Source of the DNA: Elusimicrobiota bacterium
Lineage (GTDB): Bacteria; Elusimicrobiota; Elusimicrobia; UBA1565; UBA9628
Length of the DNA stretch: 64,000 nucleotides
Direction: 5' to 3'
Assembly: GCA_016209035.1 (NCBI GenBank)
Contig: JACQWX010000005.1
Span: 6,688 to 70,687 of the forward strand
The position numbers and the translations under genes are program-made. The notes under the pieces are model-generated. The model was not told the DNA's origin and ran no database searches. It saw only the letters and a program-made list of their open reading frames with translations. This document shows positions 28,401-35,057 of this stretch, piece after piece. Every line of letters starts with the position of its first letter. Positions within the stretch are counted from its first letter, which is position 1.

Positions 28401-28792
28401 TGATCTCGCCGGAGCTGATGAACGCGCCTGCGCCTGAGCCCGCCCCGGCGGTCGAGCCGGCCCCGGAGGCGCCCCCGACGGTCGAGATGCCCCCGGTCTG
28501 CGAGCCTGCGGGTGAAGGCGAATTCAAGATCGCGTTGGAGCCCCGTGCGACTCTCAAGCCGGCTTCGAAGCCGGAAACAGCCCCCACCGCCCTGCCGGGG
28601 CCGGTGCCTCCTCCGCCTTCTGCCGGTGAGCAGCCGTCGTCTGATTCGGAGTTCAAGATCGTGCTGGAGCCGCGGGCGACCATCAAGTCCGAGCCCGAAG
28701 CGGGCCCGCCGGCGCCGTCCTCGGACAAGACCGTCGTGCTTCCGCCGGGGTGGAAGCCGCCCGGGACGCCCGCGGAGGAGAAACCGGCATGA
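25412..28792 (+). CDS. CHASE2 extracellular sensor fused to a Hanks-type Ser/Thr protein kinase with a Pro/Ala/Glu-rich repetitive tail
   Basis: CHASE2 region VSIDDSALAQVGRWPWPR; TM segments; kinase motifs GRGAMGVVYLG...VAIK, HRDIKPANIML, DFGIA, GTPSYMSPE. Tail repeats: APAPEPA(L)EPAPAVEPAPE twice and EFKI(A/V)LEPRAT(L/I)K twice. Start could also be 25433. Confidence 0.8.
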   Translation: MGKKGWVMDLVIGLLLSLFVAACYLLPPVLPFIEALELKSFDMRSTWRQTAEPSREIVLVSIDDSALAQVGRWPWPRWRIAALVDKLSGAGSKVIGLNILLSEEEQNEGLKEIQRLQSQYEAFVASRNIVERGVAFSAEFSSAAVRLDTDSRLLASIQGAGNVVLPMFFDLGGLAKPEPLPAAVSSSVVTYAVVQGSQESEIPDGSKATYPIVRLAEAAAGVGHVNVYSDIDGSVRREIPVVKYGESYYPSYALRLIMAYMGLPTTDAVFTPGVRLQAGKLEVPLDSSNGMLVSFVGPVGTFQSYSYREVMKEDFPTDTFKGKIVIVGLTAAGVGTLYVTPAAPALPSIELTANVIENILNRRFLTRPPWAARAELGLLGLVALFLMVVYPRLKALWGNLLALVLLICIPTGGFFLFQQGLWLKVTYPVTLLFCGCLVSLARRLIGTEKGKELVEASAIEQARMLGLSFQGQGMLDMAFDKFRQCPVDDNLKDALYNLALDFERKRQYAKAVSVMEHIAVTDPAYKDIPEKMKLLKAASEGAVFGGVGQSKKEGTVLITGGATKPTLGRYEIEKELGRGAMGVVYLGRDPKINRMVAIKTMMMEEGTDAAAAKEIKERFFREAESAGTLNHPNIIRIFDAGEESDVCYIAMELLEGNDLTQFTAKDKLLPPVQTMEYVALVADALDFAHAQGIVHRDIKPANIMLLKDGTIRVADFGIARITASSKTATGTIMGTPSYMSPEQVAGKKVDGRSDLFSLTVALYEFLTGEKPFKGGEGIGTLLFQIANDPHPDPVTIRGDLPPGIKPIIDKGLAKNPDQRYARGSLMAADLRALIAAIKSGKPTGPADPASGRAPPAPAVQAPQAVPPLPPPEAPLTQVVETPPSAPIKIPAFVGEDSSSGLAHLLAAASAAPARSPSEVTDPGIPLAPARERKAAEIPSLEPPVEAAPTPEPVVEAPAPEPALEPAPAVEPAPEPGAPAYSAAEEETIVMAPGSIPVISPELMNAPAPEPAPAVEPAPEAPPTVEMPPVCEPAGEGEFKIALEPRATLKPASKPETAPTALPGPVPPPPSAGEQPSSDSEFKIVLEPRATIKSEPEAGPPAPSSDKTVVLPPGWKPPGTPAEEKPA

Positions 28793-29616
28793 CGAAGTCT
28801 TCCCTCGAGACCTGGGGGCGGACGGACCGCGGGTGCGTGCGCGAGGTGAACGAGGACAACCTCATCATCGATGACGACATCGGCCTGCTGGCGGTGGCCG
28901 ATGGGATGGGCGGGCACAACGCCGGTGAGGTGGCCAGCTCCATCGCGGTCTCCCAGATCCGCGACCTCGCCCGGAGGGCTCTCGGCGGGACCCAGGACAT
29001 CGTCCCGGAGGGCCCCAACCCGAACCTTTCTCGGCGCGGGCGGCAGCTCGAATGGTTTGTCAAGAACGCGAACACCATCATCTTCAAGAAGGGGCGCGAG
29101 GCGGCGAAGCAGTACGGGATGGGCACGACCGTCGTGGCCGTCCTCGCCGACGGGCGCTCGCTCACCGTCGCCCATGTCGGCGACAGCCGTCTCTACCTCT
29201 TCAGGAAGGGCGCGCTAACCCAGCTCACGGAGGACCATTCCCTGGTCAGCGACCAGGTGCGCAAAGGGCTCCTGACCGCGGACGAGGCGTCGCGCTCGAC
29301 CTTGCAGAACATCCTCACCCGGGCGCTGGGGACCGAGGAGGACGTCCAGGTGGACGTCGCGGACCATCCCCTGCTGGAGGGGGACGTCCTTCTGCTCGCC
29401 TCGGACGGGCTGACCAAGGAAGTGACGGAGGAGCAGATCAGGCGCACGATCGAGAAAAACCCCTCGCCGAACGCCTTCGTGGACCGGCTGGTGGACATGG
29501 CCCGCGACCACGGCGGGCACGACAACATCACGGTGGTCGCGTGCCGCGTGCCTTCGCCGGGCTGGCGGCAGGTGATCGAGGGTCTCAAGAAGATGGTGTT
29601 GGGGAGAGGTGCTTGA
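28788..29616 (+). CDS. PP2C-family Ser/Thr phosphatase
   Basis: LAVADGMGGHNAGEVAS...DNITVVA; ATGA overlap with the kinase stop. Confidence 0.85.
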
Positions 29617-29620
29617 TCCC

Positions 29621-30361
29621 ATGCCAAAATTCCTCCTGAAATTCAACGCTGCGGTCATCAAAGAGGTCCCGATGGCCAAGGAGAGCCTCACGGTGGGCCG
29701 CAAGGCGGACAACGACGTCGTCATCGACAACCCGGCCGTTTCCGGGCACCACTGCAAGATCAGCGTGCAGGGCGGCACCTGTTTCGTGGAGGACCTCGAT
29801 TCCACGAACGGCACCTACGTCAACGAGAAGCGGATCAAGAAGGCCGGGCTGCACCACAACGACGTCGTCGGGGTCGCCCGGCACGCCCTCGTCTTCATCG
29901 AAGACACCGTTCCCATCGATCCGGCCGCTGCCCCGGCGCCCAAGTCCGCGGACGCCACCGTGGCGATCCCTCCCGAGAAGCAGGCTGAGATCGCCGCGGC
30001 GCAGGCCGCGACGCAGGAGGCCAGCCAGAAGCTTGGGGTCCTCAAGGTCCTCAAGGGCGAGGTGGGAGCGAAAGAATACGAGCTCAAGGGCATGTCCACC
30101 TACCTCGGCAAGTCCGACCGGGTGCAGGTGCCCATCAAGGGCTCGGGCCTCTTCGGGTCGGCTCCCGAGGTGGCCGCCTCCATCCACCGCAAGCCCGACG
30201 GGTACTACCTGCTGGCCATAGAGGAGGGCTACCCGGCCGTCAATGGGGTCAAGGTCTCCGGGAGCATGCTCCTCAAGGACGGCGACCTCATCGAATGCGG
30301 AGGGACGACGATCCAGTTCAACCTCAAGGATATCCGTCCCGACGCCACGAAGGCCCCGTAG
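29621..30361 (+). CDS. protein with two FHA domains
   Basis: LTVGRKADNDVVIDNPAVSGHHCKI...STNGTYVNEKRI and a second LGKSDRVQVPI...GYPAVNGVKVSGSMLLKDGDLIECGG; RBS GGGGAGAGG. Confidence 0.75.
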   Translation: MPKFLLKFNAAVIKEVPMAKESLTVGRKADNDVVIDNPAVSGHHCKISVQGGTCFVEDLDSTNGTYVNEKRIKKAGLHHNDVVGVARHALVFIEDTVPIDPAAAPAPKSADATVAIPPEKQAEIAAAQAATQEASQKLGVLKVLKGEVGAKEYELKGMSTYLGKSDRVQVPIKGSGLFGSAPEVAASIHRKPDGYYLLAIEEGYPAVNGVKVSGSMLLKDGDLIECGGTTIQFNLKDIRPDATKAP

Positions 30362-31105
30362 CTACTTCGTCCCCGCGGGGTTGGTCGTATCGGCCGCCGC
30401 AGGGCTGGTCGTGCCGGCGGCAGGGGCGGCCTGCAACATCTTGCTCAAGTCCATGCCCGGCATCATGTTCTTCATCATGGCGTTGGGGTCCATGCCGGGG
30501 GGCATCCCGCCTTGAGGCATGCCGGGCATCCCAGGCGACACCTGGGAGCCGCCGACCCCCTTGGCTCCCTTGTCCGTCGACCAGGAGACAGGCTTCAAGC
30601 CCGACTGCCTCGTGCCCAGCTTGGGCGGGGCCCACGACTTCTTCGCCGGCGGCTGGGCCTTGGCAGCCTTGGGGACGACCGCTTCGAGGTCGACGCTCTG
30701 TTCCGGCTGGGCCTGCGCTTGCGGCGGCTGGGGCTTCATCTGGGACTCCCGGCTGCCCGCGACGAATCCCAAGGAGCTCGTCGCCGAGGACGCTTCCGTC
30801 CCGAAGTCCATGACGACGGGCTTGGCCAGGGAGTCCTGCTTCGCGATCGGAGGGGCCGTCACGATGGGGCTGGGCTGGACCGGCCCGCGGCCCTCGCGTT
30901 TCTCGAAGACCGTCATGATGTTGGCGCCGGGGGTGCCGCTCTTCGTGGTGTCGGTCATGCGCAGGTACGCGACCACGAGGAGAGGGATGACGAGGAGGAG
31001 CGCCACCGCCGCCAAGAGCATGTAGGTCCTGCGCGCTCGGGCGGCTTCCAGGTCCTGCGGGGTAGGCTCCATTAAGGTGATTTCTTGGAGACTTTCCGAC
31101 GCCAT
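30362..31105 (-). CDS. single-pass membrane-anchored protein with Met/Pro/Gly-rich low-complexity C-terminus
   Basis: MASESLQEITLMEPTPQDLEAARARRTYMLLAAVALLLVIPLLVVAYL (TM); tail GMPGMPQGGMPPGMDPNAMMKNMMPGMD; its stop abuts the FHA gene stop (TAGCTA). Confidence 0.5.
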   Translation of the reverse strand: MASESLQEITLMEPTPQDLEAARARRTYMLLAAVALLLVIPLLVVAYLRMTDTTKSGTPGANIMTVFEKREGRGPVQPSPIVTAPPIAKQDSLAKPVVMDFGTEASSATSSLGFVAGSRESQMKPQPPQAQAQPEQSVDLEAVVPKAAKAQPPAKKSWAPPKLGTRQSGLKPVSWSTDKGAKGVGGSQVSPGMPGMPQGGMPPGMDPNAMMKNMMPGMDLSKMLQAAPAAGTTSPAAADTTNPAGTK

Positions 31106-31149
31106 AGTGTAGCACCGGGAGGGCTGGTTTTCAAGGGGAAATTGGGCCC

Positions 31150-31177
31150 TTGACAACCAGCGGATTCCTGTTATACT
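31150..31177 (+). promoter_or_regulatory. sigma70 promoter TTGACA-16-TATACT with a ~160-nt structured leader
   Basis: cccTTGACAaccagcggattcctgtTATACT; the leader contains a cUUCGg hairpin CUCCCuucgGGGAG. Confidence 0.45.
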
Positions 31178-31344
31178 TAATGCAGCAACATCCCGAACGC
31201 GCGAGGCGCCGTTTGCGGGCCTTGGGGTTGGGTCCGCGGCCGCGGCGTCATGCGTAGCGCGCTAGGGCGATAAAGGCAAACCCGCTGCAAGGCGGGGGCG
31301 CAAAGCCAGACTCCCTTCGGGGAGGGTCAGGTTGCCGAACAAAA

Positions 31345-32157
31345 ATGGCCAATCATGAGGCCAAGGGCCAGGCCCTTGGGCAGATTCGCCGTCCTGCAGC
31401 GGCCCTGTCAGCCGCGGCAGGATTCTTTTTTGGGGCGCTGGCCTTGACGCCGTCCCAGACCTTCGGCCGCGAGGTCGGCGGACAAGTCGGCTCCTTCCTG
31501 TTCTACGGCGTCGGCGGCCGGGCACTGGCCATGGGCGGCGCCTACTACGGCATCTCCGACGACGCCAGCGCGGTCTACTGGAACCCTGCGGGCTTGACCC
31601 TCCTCCAGCGCAAGGAGGTCACCCTGATGCAGGCGACGCTGCCCACCGAGGCGAAGATGATGTTCTTCAGCTACGCCCACCCGACGAAGAAGGGGAGCGT
31701 CTTCGGGGTCGGCATGACGCAGATGAGCGCGAGCGGCTTCGAGAAGGTCGACGTGGTCTACGACCCGGACGACCTCACCCAGGAGCGGACGGTCAGCCGG
31801 GCCGGCTCGTTCGACGCCAAGGAGCAGGCCATGGCCTTCGCCTGGGGCAAGAACATCACCGAGACCCTGGCCTTCGGCCTGACCCTCAAGCAGGTTACCC
31901 GCGCCCTGGGCGGCAAGTCGGATAACAACAAGACCCTCGACGTCGGCATGATGAAGGGCATGGGCCCGTACTACCGTGTCGGGTTCGGCATCCAGAACGT
32001 GTTCGCGCTGCGCAAGGGAGAGACCGACGACCGGCTCCCCGTGGTCGTCCGGGTCGGCAACTCCTTCCGGTTCTTCAAGGACCGGCTCACCATCGCGCTG
32101 GACGCGACCAAGCCCATGACCGGCGACGTGGACGTGCGCTTCGGCGGGGAGTACTAG
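31345..32157 (+). CDS. outer-membrane beta-barrel protein, PorV/UPF0164-like, N-terminal part; ends at an in-frame TAG
   Basis: Signal peptide, then GGRALAMGGAYYGISDDASAVYWNPAGL signature; ends ...VDVRFGGEY*. Confidence 0.6.
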   Translation: MANHEAKGQALGQIRRPAAALSAAAGFFFGALALTPSQTFGREVGGQVGSFLFYGVGGRALAMGGAYYGISDDASAVYWNPAGLTLLQRKEVTLMQATLPTEAKMMFFSYAHPTKKGSVFGVGMTQMSASGFEKVDVVYDPDDLTQERTVSRAGSFDAKEQAMAFAWGKNITETLAFGLTLKQVTRALGGKSDNNKTLDVGMMKGMGPYYRVGFGIQNVFALRKGETDDRLPVVVRVGNSFRFFKDRLTIALDATKPMTGDVDVRFGGEY

Positions 32158-32973
32158 GTGGTGCGGTGGTTCGCCTTCCGGTTCGGGCTCATGGGCATCC
32201 CGGACATCCAGGAGACCGACTTCGGGTTCGGGCTGAAGTTCAACAGCTTCAGCCTCGACATCGCCCAGGGCATCCACGACCTCGGCGCTTCCGCGAGCAC
32301 CAGGATGGGGGTCTCCTTCCGGTTCGGCCAGTCCAAGGAGGACCGGGCGAGCATCCAGGTCCGCGAGTTCGTCGGCCAGGGCCAGGAGGCCTTCACCGAG
32401 GGCAACTTCGCGCTCGCGGCCCAGAAGCTCAACTTGGCCATCGACGCCCAGCCCGGCAACAAGCAGGTCGAGGCCATGCTCGCGCGCGTGATGGCCGCCA
32501 CCTCCTTCGTGCCGCAGGCCATGGGCGGCGAGGAAATCCAGAGCCACGTGCGCAAGGGCGTCATCTCCTACGTGGACGGCAGGGACCTGCGCAACTCCGT
32601 CAACGCCCTGCGCCACGCCTTCAACAAGAACGTCAAGGACGAGAAGGTCCTGGGCCTGCTGAACATGGTGGAGAAGGAGGCGGGCGTGGTCGAGATCACC
32701 CGCCGCATCGACGGGCCCGAGCAGTTCACCTGGGTGGACCAGAAGATCTTCGACGCCCGGCAGTCCGTCTACGACGGCAAATACGACATGGCGGTCCGGC
32801 GCAGCCAGGACGTCCTCGACCTCGAGCCCAACAACATCACCGCTTTGGAGGTCATGGGGAGCGGCTTCTTCATGATGGAGCGGAAGGAGAAGGCGCTCGC
32901 CGTCTGGCGGCGGGTCCTGGAGCTCGACCCGAACAACCAGGCGGTCAAGGAGTTCATCCAGAGGCTGAAGTAA
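32158..32973 (+). CDS. beta-strand continuation plus TPR domain; in the same frame as the preceding ORF and separated from it only by TAG
   Basis: (GTG)VRWFAFRFGLMGIPDIQETDFGFGLKFNSFSLDIAQ... then TPR-like FVGQGQEAFTEGNFALAAQKLNLAIDAQP...; (32158-31345) is a multiple of 3. Confidence 0.5.
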   Translation: MVRWFAFRFGLMGIPDIQETDFGFGLKFNSFSLDIAQGIHDLGASASTRMGVSFRFGQSKEDRASIQVREFVGQGQEAFTEGNFALAAQKLNLAIDAQPGNKQVEAMLARVMAATSFVPQAMGGEEIQSHVRKGVISYVDGRDLRNSVNALRHAFNKNVKDEKVLGLLNMVEKEAGVVEITRRIDGPEQFTWVDQKIFDARQSVYDGKYDMAVRRSQDVLDLEPNNITALEVMGSGFFMMERKEKALAVWRRVLELDPNNQAVKEFIQRLK

Positions 32974-33068
32974 GGGGCGCGGCTCCTGGTGACCGCACGA
33001 GCGCCCCTTGCCCTCCCCTAGTGCGCCGGTCGCAGGACCGGTGGGCCGGAAATCAATATTTAACAAGG

Positions 33069-35057
33069 ATGGCTTACACTTTCATCCGCATGGCAAGCTC
33101 CATGCCGTACATGGTCATGATGGCCTTCGTCGCCGCCGCGGCAGCGGCTGGGGGCGGATCCGGGATCCAGTCTCCCGACCTGGGGCTCCTGCAGGAGCAG
33201 AACCGCATCAAGGCCGAATCCGAGTCGAAGATCCAGCGCGACATCCTCGACCCCATGCTCGGGGAGGGGAAGGCCAAGGTCTTCGTCGACGTGGAGATGG
33301 AGGTCAAGATCGAGCGCGAGGAGGCCAAGCGCAGCGGCCTGGGCTTGGCGGAGCGCTACAAGGAGAAGCAGGGCGCTCAGAAGGGCCTGGGCGCCGACAC
33401 CCTCTACGTCCTGCCCGGGATCCCCAAGCCCAAGACCATCAGCCAGGGCCTCAGCACCGACAAGCCCGAGTCCCTGCTCGCCCGGCAATCGGAGCAGACC
33501 AAGGGCATCGAGGAGGAGCGCTACGCCCAGAAGCCGGTCTTCAAGCGGATGGAGGTCAAGGTCTTACACGACGCCACGGTGCTGACGACCGCGGTTGAGC
33601 AGAAGCCCGTGCGGGACAGCATCGTCGACGCGATGGGGCAGTACCAGCTCACGCAGGACCAGGTGGTCTTCAGGGCCATGAAGTTCAATAGGGTCCTCAT
33701 CAACTGGGTCGACGACCTCAAGAAGCCTTCGGTCTACCTCCCGCTCCTCTACGCGTTCCTGCTGCTCCTGCTGCTGTTGTTCCTGTTCGGGCCGCTGGCC
33801 CGGTTCCTGCGCCAGTACGTGGCCGCCCTGAGAGAGAAGCCCGCGGCCGAGGTCAACGTCGAGTCGAAGATGGAAGCTCCGGAAGAGAAGGGGAAGGAGG
33901 AAGAGGGCTTGAATGAGGGCGCGCTCGACATCACCCTCCAAAGAAAGCCCTCCGAGTCGCAGGAGGACGAGTCCATGAAGAAATTCGAGCCCTTCTCCTA
34001 CATCAACGAGGAGAACATCAAGAGGCTGGTCTACATGTTCCTCCTGCGCAAGGAGGAGCCCTGGATCATCGCGGTGGTGGCCAGCTACCTGCGGCCCGAG
34101 TTCGCCCGGGCCCTTCTGACCGCGCTGCCGGTCGAGCTCCAGTCCAAGGTGGCCCTGGAAGCCCTCACGGTGCGATCGTTGACCAAGGAGCAGGTGCAGG
34201 CCATCGACGGCGAAATCAAGGAGAAGGTGGATTTCGTGGTGGGAGGGATCGAGCGGCTGGTCTCCATGCTCGACGAGGCCGACGTCGCGACCCGCAACAA
34301 CATCCTCAACTACCTCAAAGACGAAAAGCCTTCCTTGTACGAGAAGGTCCGGAAGTTCATCATGATCTTCGACGACATCGTCGGGTTCTCGGACCGCGAC
34401 GTCCAGACCATCGTGCGCGAGCTCAAGCCCGACAGCATGGCCAAGGCCCTCCAGAACGCCTCGCCCGAACTGGTCAACAAGTTCTTCTCGAACATGTCCG
34501 CCGGCGCGGGGAGCCTCCTGAGGGAGGCCATGGAGTACGTCACGGGCCTGACCGAGGAAAAGATCGAGGAGGAGAGGTCCAAGATCATCGAGACCGTAAA
34601 GGTGCTCGACAAGGAGGGCAGGATCGCGGTGCGGGCCAAGGTCGACGAGAGCATGGGGTTCGAGGCCCTGCAGGAGGAGCTCTCCTCCCGTGAGAGGCGC
34701 GAGCGCTCAGGCCCCGGGCCTTCGGCCCAGGCCGCGGCCCCGGCGCCGTCCGCGGGGCCTGCGCCCGCGCCTCAGGCGGTCGTGCCCGAAGAACAGGCCG
34801 CGCAGGCGCAAGGCTATCTCCAGAGCGGCATCTCCTATCACGACTCCGGGCAGCTGGATGCCGCCGTCCAGTACCTCGAATACGCGTTGACGCTGGACCC
34901 TTCGCTGTGGCAGGCGCACCAGTATCTGGGGGGCATCTGCTATCAGATGGGGCGGACCGCCGAGGCCCTGACGCACTACGAGAGACTCTTGGAGCTCCAT
35001 CCCGACCCTCAGATGCAGCAGTGGGTGGAGAGCTTCAAGTCCCAGGCAGGTAAATGA
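33069..35057 (+). CDS. fusion protein: signal/TM, a periplasmic FliF-like region, a second TM, cytoplasmic FliG middle and C-terminal domains, and C-terminal TPR
   Basis: TM2 LPLLYAFLLLLLLLFLFGPLARFL. FliG-like block: EENIKRLVYMFLLRKEEPWIIAVVASYLRPEFARALLTALP...LTKEQVQAIDGEI...IMIFDDIVGFSDRDVQTIVRELKPDSMAKALQNASPELVNKFFSNMSAGAGSLLREAMEY. TPR at the end. The N-terminal 300 aa of the track ORF are junk. Confidence 0.7.
   Translation: MAYTFIRMASSMPYMVMMAFVAAAAAAGGGSGIQSPDLGLLQEQNRIKAESESKIQRDILDPMLGEGKAKVFVDVEMEVKIEREEAKRSGLGLAERYKEKQGAQKGLGADTLYVLPGIPKPKTISQGLSTDKPESLLARQSEQTKGIEEERYAQKPVFKRMEVKVLHDATVLTTAVEQKPVRDSIVDAMGQYQLTQDQVVFRAMKFNRVLINWVDDLKKPSVYLPLLYAFLLLLLLLFLFGPLARFLRQYVAALREKPAAEVNVESKMEAPEEKGKEEEGLNEGALDITLQRKPSESQEDESMKKFEPFSYINEENIKRLVYMFLLRKEEPWIIAVVASYLRPEFARALLTALPVELQSKVALEALTVRSLTKEQVQAIDGEIKEKVDFVVGGIERLVSMLDEADVATRNNILNYLKDEKPSLYEKVRKFIMIFDDIVGFSDRDVQTIVRELKPDSMAKALQNASPELVNKFFSNMSAGAGSLLREAMEYVTGLTEEKIEEERSKIIETVKVLDKEGRIAVRAKVDESMGFEALQEELSSRERRERSGPGPSAQAAAPAPSAGPAPAPQAVVPEEQAAQAQGYLQSGISYHDSGQLDAAVQYLEYALTLDPSLWQAHQYLGGICYQMGRTAEALTHYERLLELHPDPQMQQWVESFKSQAGK

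Noticed and set aside
28200-28750. Possible CRISPR or tandem-repeat array (repetitive DNA in the kinase tail)
   Set aside because: The repeats are in-frame codon repeats encoding Pro/Ala/Glu-rich peptide. There are no spacer-like unique units and no cas genes.
32155-32157. Stop-codon reassignment (TAG as sense) to explain the split beta-barrel gene
   Set aside because: TAG terminates other well-defined genes in the window (FHA gene at 30359-30361, lipoprotein at 40329-40331). Reading through those would give junk.
32166-33068. N-terminal 300 aa of the 963-aa ORF
   Set aside because: R/G/P-rich and overlaps the beta-barrel/TPR gene. The real FliF/FliG-like gene starts at ATG 33069.
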